Shown: one piece after another, positions 36,701 to 48,943 of the stretch
How positions within the stretch are numbered: position 1 is the stretch's first letter
Layout of the letters: each line of letters opens with the position of its first letter
Assembly (NCBI GenBank): GCA_951406725.2
Contig: OX597814.1
Location: 216,318,001 to 216,382,000, forward strand
Reading direction: 5' to 3'
DNA length: 64,000 bases
From: Octopus vulgaris
Taxonomy: Eukaryota
Program-made: the position numbers and the translations under genes
The notes under the pieces: generated by a model
Databases searched by the model: none
What the model saw: only the letters and a program-made list of their open reading frames with translations
Told to the model about the DNA's origin: nothing

Positions 36701-37641
36701 GTAAGTATCAATCATATTATATCGATTTATTGAAAGAGTTGTTGTACAACCCTAGATTATCATTGATCCAGCATCCCTGTGGCATGAACGGAATTGTCCA
36801 TAAAACTATGCACAATCCACAGATGTGTTTTTCCAGTCATACAACACTTCCGTCTGCTTCAAGAGAGTAGCATGTACTTTGGTGTCCACTGATGTACAGT
36901 ATGGGCTACAGTGTGACAGTCTGGACTTGTAGCATTCCTTATAGTTTCCAGATCATGAATTCTCGGAATGGCCACTGGAAAGATAGGCAACTGCCACCAT
37001 TGAGGAAAACTGACCTTTTCCTCCACATGGTGATGGACGATAGGCAACTGATTACGAATCAAATAGCCAATGTTAGGAGCATATTCCATGAGACAGTTTT
37101 GTCCTCACTAACCATTCTAATTGTTCCTAATGCTTGCTAACATCCAGTTCGAAATTGATTGATATACGTTGTATTGTAGATATTCCTTGAACAAACTATT
37201 ACATTAAAATACAGTCTCTTGTGCGCAGTGTAAAGGCTGTTGTATCCCAAACACTGCATCCCAGGCGGTTCTCTGTGTTGTCCTGCCTTGTGGGCTGTTT
37301 TGCTGCATTTTACAATATGTTCTCACTCAGATTTCCCTCTTGTAAAGAATCATTAATCTCTCTTATTCCCTGTTGTTGTTTCCATTAATTACAAGAGCCT
37401 ACTTCAATTACACTGTGTATCCACCTAATCTTACAACATTTCTCTTTCCATTCATGGCATCCATATGTTCATTTAGACAGGCTTCCTTCTATCTCATGAT
37501 CTATGTTGATCCTTCTGTCACATTATCTATGTTAATCCAATGATCACATCATCTATTAATCTAGTAATCACTTGATGTTGTTTAAATGTTATTCTAATCT
37601 GTAAATCATAGACCATTTCAGTTTGCAACAACTAAATATGT

Positions 37642-40453
37642 CTTGCAAACAACTTGCACATGCAAGTGCTACCAGTCAAAAGCTCCGTATACCGGAAGCC
37701 AGCAAGTGTATGGGGTCATCAGGAGAGAATGCATGCCGTTTCGGGGCCTACTTGTCGACGGCATCAATGCGCACCAGCCCCCACCTCACTGATATGAGGC
37801 CCCACTTGCTAGATCAGCTGGTTATGAAGTTAAACTCAATATCCTTCTAGCCATTGCTCATCGTCTCTTTTTAACCAAATCCAGTGGCTAGCCTTCTCCA
37901 CTGTAGATTGGATATCAGTCATGGTGGCATTGACTTTACGATGAGTTAGGCCTAGCGATAACAACAATTGTCTCATGCTGTGTCCAACAAACCCTCTACA
38001 ACTGACTTTGATTGGAAAATGTTCTGCTTTCCAGCCTGCGTCTTCACATTCCTCGAGGATGTTTACATAACGGTTCAATTTTTGAGCCCGAGCGGCGTCC
38101 ATATTATCTTCATGAGGAACTGTTAGCTCGACTATATTTACAACTTTCTTTCATACCACATCAAAATATCTGGTTTTTTCGTAACTGGGATGGGAAAGAA
38201 AAACTGGCACCCAGGTAAATCTGCAGTTACCTCCCACTAGCCGTTCCACTTTCCATTTCTCTCAGGAAGTTTCTTGATCTTCTTGAAACAGATCCACTGA
38301 CCTGGTCGCACTTAGGTAATGAAATCTCTAGATGGTACTTTCAACGGTTTTTTCTCAGTGTTGTTGAGATGAATTTGGTTCTTTATAGCATTTAAGATAA
38401 CCTTAAGGACCAAGTTGTGCCTCCATGTATACCTGTTCAATGCTAATGAACAGTTGGAAAGAATATGTTTTAGTGTACTGACCTTTCCACATTTGCAGAT
38501 GTCATTCTCTGAGACGTTCCATCTTACTAGATTCGTAGTTGATGGCAAAACATCATAAGATGAATGAAACAGAAAACTCAGCTGAGATGTTGTCCACTTC
38601 CACATCTCATCCCAACTTACCTTCCTCTCAACAACATGTTCTTCCCATCTCGTCATTTGACCTTGATGAAAACATCGGATCAAATGAAGCTCTCTTCTCT
38701 CTGCTTCTCTTGTTTTGACGCTGTTGCTAACAACAGTTCTGCGTTCACTCCGCATCATGCTTGCAAACAGTCTGAACTGATCTGCGCCAAAACCAAATCC
38801 TTTCCGATGGTTCTGCGTTGCTTCCACCATATCTCTGGGTATAAGAGAAGAAAAGATGTTGTCAGTTTCTGCCTCTGCTTTCCACTTCCTGGCTGTTTTC
38901 ACCTCTGGTGGGTTACGCCTGATTTCCATATCCTTCAATCCTCTCAGCATTATGACCGTCCGTATCTTCCCCAGCTTATATATTTCGACTATTGATGCTA
39001 TTGGTAGCTGCAACGAACCTCTTTTAAGATAAAGAGCTGAACTGTTCAACATACAAGGTAGGCCTAGCCACTTTCTAATGAACACATTACATTTTTGTTC
39101 AATGATTTCAACTCGTGACAATGCTACCTCGTATATTAAAAGTGGCCATGCAAGTTGCGGGTACAAGCCGAACTGCAAGCACCAAATTTTATATTTACCT
39201 GGTAACTTCGAATTATCAATCGCTGATAACCCAGCCTCGGCCTGTTTCATAATTTCAATCCCATGACTTCTGTCTGACAATGTTCCAGCGTATACTCGTC
39301 CCAAGCTCTTGACGGGCTCTTCCTTGACTGTTGGAATGCTTCCTTCAGATATTCAATACTTAAATTCTTTCTCCTCTCCCTTAACATATGTCAGACTACG
39401 TGACTTTTTTGCTCTAAATCGCATCGTTGACCACCTTACAAGTTCGTCTAATCTCAAGAGGGCATTCTGCATGATTTGTTTATCTGTAGCTAGAAGTGTC
39501 ACGTCATCCATGAAGGCTTTCTTAGGCGATTGTACATGGGCGATTTGTTCCGAAAAATCTACACCTTTCAAAATCAACTCCATGACTAAGATAAACCACG
39601 TGACAGATATTGTACAGCCAGCAGCAATGCCAACCTCCAATCGGTGCCAATCTGTTGTAAAATTTCCAGTTGTAAACCTCATTTCGAAACTGTCATAGTA
39701 CATCCTCATTATTTTGATCACTTTGTTAGGAATGTGGAAGTGGTCCATGGCTGTTATTAGTAATTCATGTGGCACTGAACCATACCACGTTCAGACTTTT
39801 CTTGTTTTGTTTGGCGTCCTGGATCGCTTTCCAAATCGAAAAACAGTGTTCAACACATCCAGGGATCCCGGCCTTTTGAACAGATTCATCAACATATCCG
39901 TTACTCTGTAAATATGTCACTGTTCTCCTCGACAGAATTCCCATAAAGATCTTGCCTTCCACATTCAATAAGGATATCGGCCTAAACTGTTTTATGGTCT
40001 TTGCATTGGCCTCTTTCAGCAGGTATATACCTTCTGCCTTACACCAATCCTCTACTATAGTCTCCTCGCGCCACAGTTGTCGGAGTAGGACAAAGAGCTT
40101 CTTTCTCAGAAGATTGCAGTACTTGTGAGACTTTATATGAGAAGCCATCACCTCCTGGGGCACTCTTTGCTCTAGTCTTTCTTACAAAGTCATTCACCTC
40201 TCTGTCCCTGATGTCCCCAATCTGGAATTCGATATCAGGTCCTGAGAGATGATTTAGCCCATGTAGAGGTGGCAGCGGCTGGTTACGGTGCGGATCACTG
40301 TAGGTTTCCTTAATATGAGCATCCAATTCTTCTTTAGTGCACGATAAATTACCACTCTTCGGTTCAGTGAACAGCTTCTTAGTAAAACCGTACGGGTCCT
40401 TCAGAAACTGCCCCCGAGTCCTTTTACTCTCCTTTCGAGGCTCATATCGGCGG
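37642..40453 (-). mobile_element. HERO-like non-LTR retrotransposon (RT + zinc knuckle + restriction-like endonuclease), 5'-truncated, 7-bp TSD AATATGT
   Basis: FRPISLLNVEGKIF, GIAAGCTISV, AFMDDVT, CKCGKVSTLKHILSNC...RYTWRHN, KLNRY..CEDAGWKAEHFPIKVSCRGF. AATATGT at 37635-37641 and 40454-40460; absent from the paralogous intron at ~26260. Confidence 0.88.
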
Positions 40454-40581
40454 AATATGTGGGAAATTTCTTAATCAAAGAATATATTTATTACAACTTA
40501 ATGATTTCTCCCTGTAAGAAGAATTTGGAAATAGTTCCATAAAATGTTCATTATCAATTACTAAACAATTATTTTTTTTAG

Positions 40582-40809
40582 ATTTTGGCAAACATGACTC
40601 AAATAATAACGACTTGTCTGGAAACTGCTGAGAGAATGGGAGCAAAAAGCCTTGTATTTCCTATATTAGGAGCTGGAACATTGAAGTACCCCATTGAAAA
40701 TCTACCCAGAACAATGTCTGAAGCAGTGAAAAACTACTCAAACCAAAATTCAAGCCAGATCAAAGATGTTTACTTCATGGTTTATCCTCAAGACACAGAA
40801 ATAGTAAAG
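40582..40809 (+). CDS. PARP14: PARP14-like cassette 2 exon C
   Basis: tttttag|ATT...AAG|gttggt. ILANMTQIITTCLETAERMGAKSLVFPILGAGTLKYP...VYPQDTEIVK. Confidence 0.9.
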
Positions 40810-40929
40810 GTTGGTTGATTTATTTGTTGTTTGATGTTGATATTCTTGGAATTTACCAAAAACCAATATTCCACAATAAAGAAAAGAAATAGAACTGATC
40901 ATTTACTGCCCTTGTTCCAAATATAATTC

Positions 40930-41900
40930 TCTCCTACAACATCACGGTTTTTCCTCACATACAAAACACCTCAAGCCTCAAGTCCTCATGCAATAGAAAG
41001 AACTGACAAACTCTCTACTTCCTGCTGAGTATACCTGTCTCCTTGTTTCCCTGCTCATATGTTTCTCTATATTACCATCACACTTCCAGGCCTCTTTCTT
41101 CACTCTAATGGCCCTGTCTACTACACTGTTCCAACACCATGCTACCATAGGTCTAATTCAGATTTGACACCACCCACAAAACTTGGTCTGCAGATCTCAG
41201 TAAATTGTCTCATGGGAACTTCCCTGTATCTTCTGTGTTACACGTCTGTAACTCCCCTCTTTTTCATTAAATGCTTCACTGAAAATGCATAGACAACTGA
41301 TATGGCATGCCTGATGGGAAATGCTTGCCGAATCCTTCCTCCCAGATGCTGCATGTCATTCTCCTTCTCCATCTTACACCCTACTCCACCCTCCTGAACT
41401 TCCTTACAATTGTTAAGTGTCTGGATCCTTCATTTCCAGTTGTCTCGTAAGAACTTCTAGCTGTCCTCTATTTTACATGTCTCTATCTCTTCCTGGTTCA
41501 TGTTAAAAGTTTCAATTAGGACATCTCTAAATATCCGATCATTCAAAGTTGTTGATGATCTGCCAAAGAATATCATAAAAGCAATCCTTCTGTTCATTTG
41601 GCAGACCAATTTGAATGGCATAGGCAGAAATAACTGTTGCCATACAACTCTACTCTGAGCTCAAGTACCCAAACACACACTCTGACTATCTCAGCTACAT
41701 TATCCACCCATTTCCCAGCTAGAAGTATGACTACTCCACCTACCCCATCGCTGATGCTTTCCCAGAGAATTTTATAGATATGTATTTTGCCTGTGAGGTA
41801 TATGGACGAAGCTCCTCTCCACCTTACTTCTTGAAGGCAGCACACATCGAAACACCTCTGTTAGAACATCTCAACAGACCTAGCTTTCAATGTGTCTACA
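40930..41900 (-). mobile_element. Rearranged RTE-clade LINE fragments (endonuclease start and linker)
   Basis: CCLQEVRWRGASS...GVGGVVILLAGKWVDNV on - strand; interrupted by one arm of an inverted repeat. Confidence 0.65.
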
Positions 41901-42041
41901 TTGACAAAGCCAATTGTAGGGAACTTCAGGAGGTTGGGGCAGGGGGTAAGAGGGAGAAAGAGAATGACATTCAGCATCTGGGAGGAAGGATTCAGCAAAT
42001 GTTTTCCACCAGGCATGCCATATCAATTGTCTATGCATTTT
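41281..42041. repeat. ~130-bp inverted repeat arms (41281-41412 / 41911-42041)
   Basis: AAAATGCATAGACAACTGATATGGCATGCCTG...CCTTCCTCCCAGATGCTG is the reverse complement of CAGCATCTGGGAGGAAGG...CAGGCATGCCATATCAATTGTCTATGCATTTT. Confidence 0.85.
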
Positions 42042-43363
42042 ATCTGCCATTATTCATTCATCTTATACTTGCTGCATCTGCCTCAAGTGAGGGCTATAAA
42101 AGCATTGTTAATACAATAATGAACATATGAAAATAACTAATTAGTTAATCAATTAACGGACTGATAGGTTCTGCATTTTGGTGCAAAGTATAGAAAGTAC
42201 GACATTTGTGTTGCAGTGATATGGATGAGAGGCAACTATGAAGGGAAGGAAGAGGGGAGGGCAGAAGAAGGATTGTTGGGAGGGGTTCCAGTACAGAAGA
42301 AATGTAGGTAATGAGAGCATGAGCGGATGGGCACATCATGAGTAAGGAAAAGATGAAATGATGGGATTTGCACATTTCCACAGCTGATGAAGTAATGGAG
42401 ATAGAGGAGAGGTGAGATATATTTACAATAACAGAGATATATATTTACATTGACGTTAATAATTAAATGAGGAAATGAGGCATTAGGAGAGAAACTTTGA
42501 TGATGGTGGATTAAATTAAATTAAATTAAAGATGGGTTTGTTTCAACATGATACAAACACAAGCAGGAGATGAATAGAATAATGCAAAAATTAAAGCAAA
42601 AAAACAAATCATAGTAGTTTATCTCTCATATCTTTTCATTGTGCATAGAAGTGTGTAATAGTCAGAGTTGTTATTTGAAATGTCTTGTGTTGATATACAG
42701 CATCTGTATATACAGACTAATGTAAACATCTATAGACTATATTGGTACATATAGACTAATGTAAGTACGTTGTTTGTATACAACTATATTCTGTATGTAT
42801 AGTAAGCAGCTTGTATATAAACTGAGCGTCATATATACACTTTCTATATACAATATGTGTTGGGGACAGGAAAAGATTGTTTGGCTGGACCAGTTCCTTT
42901 TCTTCTTTCTCCAGTGTTGGGTACACATCTGCAGATATACTCTGTAGGACAGTATATATAGCATTGAAGTAAAGCACTGTTGACATACCAGTAATTCACT
43001 GTTTTTTACTCAAAGCCAGTCTGTTTCAACAGAAATGTTCTTCTTTTGGTTTTAATCAGTTTTGAAAATAATGAAGACTTAAGCTGATGCTTGGACATAA
43101 CATGGAGTCTCGAAAGCAATTACAATTCCATGAATAATATTTTCTTATTCTTTAAGTAACAATTCCTCACCAAACTACAGAATATTCCAAACCTTGTCCA
43201 TCGTAGGAGTTTATTTTATAATACAGTGAATAGAAATGTAAATTTAAAACAACATTTATGATAGAAGCAATGAATAAAAGCATTGCATTGAAATTAACAG
43301 AAATTAATTATGAAATTATGTTTTTGATTGAGTGATGATAAATTATTTGTTTACTTCTAACAG

Positions 43364-43418
43364 AAATTTGATGAATATTTCCAAGGAAACACAACAGGTA
43401 GTTCAGCTGCATCATCAG
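43364..43418 (+). CDS. PARP14: PARP14-like cassette 2 exon D (55 nt)
   Basis: ctaacag|AAA...TCAG|gtaaat. KFDEYFQGNTTGSSAASS; phase 0-1. Confidence 0.85.
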
Positions 43419-44469
43419 GTAAATACTTTCTTTTTATTTATCTTAAATGTATATTCAAATTATGTCATGTCACACTTAATTGCTACTGGTAACATGTAAC
43501 GCAGTACAACGTATCACATGGTCGGATGGTCAGTGACTAAACTGGCCACTACACTGAGCTTGCTGGGTATTTGTTGGATACCCTGTAGGATGGGAAATTC
43601 AACCTGCGAAAAGGTGAAGGATCTCATGAGTAGACAATGGCCATTCAATAATGTGTATATATGTATGTCTGGTTTGTGTGTGTGTGCACGTGCATGAAAG
43701 TATATCTGTATTGCGTATTTTCAAAACTTCTTTTTTATATTTCTATATTTATACATTTATATTTATATTTTTATGCACCCCTTTTATATTTTGATAGTTT
43801 TAGCATTTTTCTTTTTGATATTTTTGTATTCTTATTTCATATTCTATTATATTGTTATATTTTTGTATTTATAGTTTTACATATGTGTAATTTCTTTATA
43901 TCAGGGAGGGTTAGTAGCTCTTGTGGGAGGGGCTAATCACATTCCATAGGACTGACAGTACCAGCAGGTTTTGTAGGGTGCATGCTGCATGATGAATCAC
44001 TATGGGCCTCTGGTCATCCCCTGCTGCAGAAACGGTCTCCAACCATAGCGATGTTCCATGCCACTGACTCAAGTATTTTTTTCTTGATGAGAGAGTGCAA
44101 TTATCTTTGTGTAATGGCTTCCAAACTTACAACAATTTCATGCACAGGTGTCTGTGCTTCTCAGCCTTCCAACAGTCAATCTCATACCCTGTGGTGAGGT
44201 AGACCATTGATGAAGACTGCAGGTGGAGATAAGTGCTCGGAGTTCTAGTCACAAGCCTGCACATAGGAGACCAGCAGACCAGTGGTCGCTGTCATTGCAT
44301 TACACATCAGAAAATTTAACAGCAACCTAAGTGACTGAGCAGCGTTATTAGGACCACACTGCACACCCTAGTAAGATAAGGGTCTAGAAAAAGTGCCTTA
44401 AAGAAAGCTTTCCCTGAACAGATCTGGTCAACTACTCGCAGCTGACAGACTTAGCCATTTGTAGTCAAT

Positions 44470-45480
44470 TCAAACGGAGAAAGAAAGACCTAACCATTGC
44501 TACAAGGATTATTCTTAGCCAAAGAATTGTGGCGATACAATATCGACCTAGCAGCAATCTAGGCTGAGGAATGGTCCCTGACAGTATCAGGCAGCTGCTA
44601 CACTTTCTTCTGGAAAGGAAAGACTGTACATGAGAAGAGAATATATGTATTTGGAGAAACCATTAAGTCCTGTCTCCTGAAACAGTCTCCCAACCTTCAT
44701 ACAGGTGTAAATGAAAAGCCTATGAAACTCTACTTCCCTATCAGCCACAAACACTTCGTCCCTGTCATGAGTGGGTATGACCCTACAATCTCATGCTCAG
44801 AAGAGATCAAAGAGCAGTTCTGTGCTGACTGGGACACTGTGCTACATCACATGCCTGCTACTGACAAGCTTCTAATACTAGGGGACTTCAATGCTGTTGT
44901 TGGCAAGGATAAAGAGTGGTGTAGAAGGGTTAGATGGAAGTATGGAGTTGTGTAAATGAATAGCAATGGTCTTCAGTTGCCGAGCAAATTCGCCGAGCAC
45001 AACCTGCTGATTACCAACATCATCTTCCTGCTGGCTGATAAGTATAAAACATCACGGACACATCTGCATTCAAAACAGCGTGATAGCAGTGACATCCTCA
45101 TCACCAGGAGAATGCATGGGACAGAGTGCTCGACTGACCACAAACTAATAAGAGCCAAGCTCAACATCTGTGTAGTTCCCGAACACCACAACGGCTGAGA
45201 GCTCATTAGACCAGCCTTCAGCATGGCCAGACTCCTATCAGCCAAGTACCAGCAGTAGTTCCAGTCCAGCCTTGATGACAGGTGCGAGGTGATAGGACCA
45301 CTGACAAGACTCTTTCACGACAACATAACCGGATATGTTTTTGTGCAATGCTCACTGCACCAACTCTTTTGACATCTTCAATGGCCTAAAACATGGCTGT
45401 GTGCTCACCCTGTTTTGTTCAACTTGTTCTTCACACAAGTCCTACACCTGGGTCTATACATAATGCACTGCATTGTCAAG
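44470..45480 (+). mobile_element. RTE/BovB-like LINE 5' part (endonuclease), degenerate
   Basis: YTFFWKG, DKLLILGDFNAVVGKD, MNSNGLQL, ECSTDHKLIRAKL. Confidence 0.75.
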
Positions 45481-46209
45481 TGGGACACAAAAGTGACAGC
45501 AATGACACCATCAGCAGTGACATTGGTCCCTCGTCGGTTGTCACCTTTATAGGGTAAGTGGACAGCACAAAGGTAACCTTACTCAGGAAGGGTCATTATA
45601 GATTTATATATCTTAACCATCAATGAAAACCCCAAGTCCACTCTAGGGCTGTGACCCACGATGAGTTCAGAACCCAAAGCAGTAATTCTAGTGCAGCAGG
45701 GCAGAGCCTCATGTCACGCTTAACCGTAAAGACTACAATAATTAACTGCGACAACTTAAAACTAATTACCCAAATGATGTGGGGTACGACATGTCACATA
45801 CAACCTTAGAAATACTTGTGGGTGCCTTTGGATGCACCAAGTTTCCAGAAGAGATGTGACAAGGAGACACAGTACAGACAAGAGAAACATATAAGGAGAA
45901 TCCACCACAACCACCACCACCCTCACACCCCAGATTCACTCAATTGAAGTTCACAGTTCTTTGTGAAACAAAAGAAGAACTGATGGAACCATCATGTGCA
46001 CCAAAAGAAGACAAAATTAAGCATCCGCAAGTTGAATGAAGAGGAGATGGACTCTGCTCTGATTTTGTGCAACACCCATACAAGAGAACACTAGCAAAAG
46101 AATCACATGAGCTATCCATGAACCACTAATGTGCAATTTTGTAGAGGATGTGGAATATTTCATCCTTGGGATAATAGTAAATTTGTCCAGTTGCACCTTT
46201 GAATATATG

Positions 46210-46420
46210 TTTCTTTACTACCCACAAGGGGCTAAACACAGAGAGGACAAACAAGGACAGACAAATGGTTTAAGTCGATTACATCAACCCCAGTGTGTAA
46301 CTGGTACTTAATTTATCAGCCCCGAAAGGATGACAGGCAAAGTCGACCTCGGCTGAATTTGAACTCAGAATGTAACGGCAGACGAAATACGGCTACGCAT
46401 TTTGCCAGCACACCACCTTA
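46210..46420 (-). mobile_element. tRNA-derived SINE
   Basis: Reverse complement reads GAGTTCAAATTC (box B)...GAGGTCGACTTTGCC..TCATCCTTTCGGGG...AAGTACCAGTTACACACTGGGGTTGATGTAATCGACTTA. Confidence 0.75.
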
Positions 46421-46669
46421 TCTTTTTGTCCAGCACCTTTGAATATAGCAGTTTGAATGAGTGGCAGAAAGTCAATATTGATGGGATATTCTGGTTCAAC
46501 TTTCTGGTTCGACTTAGCTAAGTTGATTTCTCCCTCTACATGGGTTGCTTTCCTTAAATGCTTTCCAGGTCTTTGAATTAAATTATATTTTGCTTAAATT
46601 ATTGTGTTTCATATATGTTTATATATTATTCCTTGTTTATGTTGAATTGTTATTGTGTTTGTTGCATAA

Positions 46670-48275
46670 TGTGAAAGGGCCTCTGAGTCAACTTAGCAAA
46701 GACCAAAGTAGGCAAACAGACAGGACTGTAGTCGCTTCAATATATAGAAAAGGTGTATGTAGAAATTCCATACAGTGTACCTAGAGGTAGCAGATTGCTT
46801 CTGCTCTTTAGGTAGATTAATTAGCAGTGGAGGTGGATGTACTGAAAGTATAGTTGCTAGAAAAAGAACCAGCATGAGAATGTTCAGAGTCCTTCTACTT
46901 CTGTTGGTAACAAAAGTCCTCTTCTTCTCAGAACCGAAGGTAGATTGTATAATGCTTGTGTGTGAACAGTAATGCTACATGAAAGTGAAACAATAGCCCT
47001 GAATCAGAGGACATTGAAAACTAGAGGGAAATGAAGGCCAATATACTCCATTTTATGTGCAATGTCAGTGTGCATGTGTGAACAAAGTATATGTTGAGAG
47101 AGATTGGCAAAAGAGGTATCAGATATGACATGCAAGAGAGAACGCAGCAGTTGTATGCACATGTGAAATGTATGGATGAGGGTAGCTGTATAAAGAAGTG
47201 CTGGTTGCTAGAGAAGGATGGAACCAGAGTTTATTGTAATGAGATACCTCTTGCAGACACCTTAGACACATCTATACCAAGGGATATACCTAAACCAGTT
47301 GTACAGTATCCCACCCATGAGGGATTGATGCTAGATGGGTCAAAATGATTATTATGATGAATGAAGATTCTTGTATCAGCTTTTGCGTGGCCGATACCAG
47401 TGCCACCTCTACCAGTGGCATGTAAAAAGCATGAACCAAATGTGGCCCATACCAGTGCCACCTGACTGGCACATAAAAAGCATGTACTACATTCTCAGTG
47501 GGTGGCATTAGGAAGGGCATCCAGCTGTAAAATCCTTACCAAATCAGATTGGTGCCTGGTGCAGCCTCCCAGCTTGCCAGTTGTCAGTCAAACCATCCAA
47601 CCCATGCCAGCACCGAAAGCAGACATCAAACGGCAATGATGATAATGATGTTGATGACATATATATGCCTGCTCAGGTATGGTCATGTGATGCATGTGGA
47701 CAAAGACAGCTGTGTAAAGAAGTGCCGATCTCTAACTGTGGATGGAACCTGTGGAAGAGGTAGACCCAGGAAGACATGGGACAAGGTGATGAAGCATGAT
47801 CTTCAGATGTAGGGTCTCACAGAGGCAATGACTAGTGACTGAGACCTTTGACGATATGCTTTGCTTGAGAAGACCCTTCAAGCCAAGTAAAATCATAGTT
47901 GTAACTGGCACCCGTGCTGGTGACATGTAAAAAACGCCTTTGAAACATTGGGCCTTATGGACACAAAATGGCTGGGGCCTGAGGCATATGAAAAGCTCCT
48001 TTCAAGTGTTGGGCCTCACGGAGGCAATGACTGAGATCTTTGGCATTATGTCATAATTGAAAAGAAGACCCATCAAGCCGAGAAAAATTGCAGTTGTGGT
48101 AGATACCAGAGTCATGCAAATTCTTGGAGTGGTTGGCGTTAGGAAGGACATCCAGCTGTAGAAACCATGCCAAATGAGACTGGATTCTGGTGCAGCCCCT
48201 CAGCTTACCATCCCTGGTCAAACTATTTAATCCATGCCAGCATGGACATTGGATTTCGAATGATGATGATGATGA
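46670..48275 (+). mobile_element. Cluster of degenerate RTE (PHD family) 3' fragments and tails
   Basis: GVCRNSIQCT, SGGGCTESIVAR, YGHVMHVDKDSCVKKCRSLTVDGTCGRGRPRKTW; (GAT)n-type tails at ~47650 and ~48275. Confidence 0.75.
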
Positions 48276-48636
48276 ATTAGAGAGAATTTAAACTTGAATA
48301 CAAAAAAAGAAGAAATAATTTTAACAACACTTGACATCATTCACTACGCAGAGTCTCAGGATGGTAGCAGTGGTCTGAAATAGTCATATTGTAAACATGT
48401 ACTAGATAGTAATATATAGCAATAATTAAAGAGCAGTTGATATCATTCCCCACAGGGATAAGGTGATAATCTTTTTCAGGTTAACTTCATTATTTCAAGA
48501 ACCGATAGCTCTTCACTGAACAGAAAAACAGGAAACACTACAATTATTATTTAATCTTGAAGCTGCACCATAAGAAATCTTCTGCTGCTTGTTTGGTTAT
48601 TTTTCATTGACAAAATGAATATTTCTTCTATTTCAG

Positions 48637-48818
48637 ATGATGAAGATGAAGAAATAGAAGATAATGTCTTTGCTGGTCAAAAAGATGTTGGTGTCACATT
48701 GAAATTCTTAGCTAAATACCAAAATCTTGACAATGCTATAGAAACTGTTAAAAAGGAGTACAATTCTCTATTAACAACTGAGAAAATACCATTTGATGTG
48801 GACTTGACAGAACCTCGA
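48637..48818 (+). CDS. PARP14: PARP14-like exon after the macrodomains (acidic linker, KH-like)
   Basis: tttcag|AT...CGA|gtaagt. DDEDEEIEDNVFAGQKDVGVTLKFLAKYQNLDNAIETVKKEYNSLLTTEKIPFDVDLTEPR; phase 1-0 fits both neighbours. Confidence 0.8.
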
Positions 48819-48943
48819 GTAAGTTGTCCACAACAATACAGGGTTCTTATTTAATTATTATTGTTGTTATCATTTTCTGATTGAATTTTATTTTCATTTT
48901 CCAACTGGGTCTCAACCAGAGTCCTAAGGTACATATATATATT

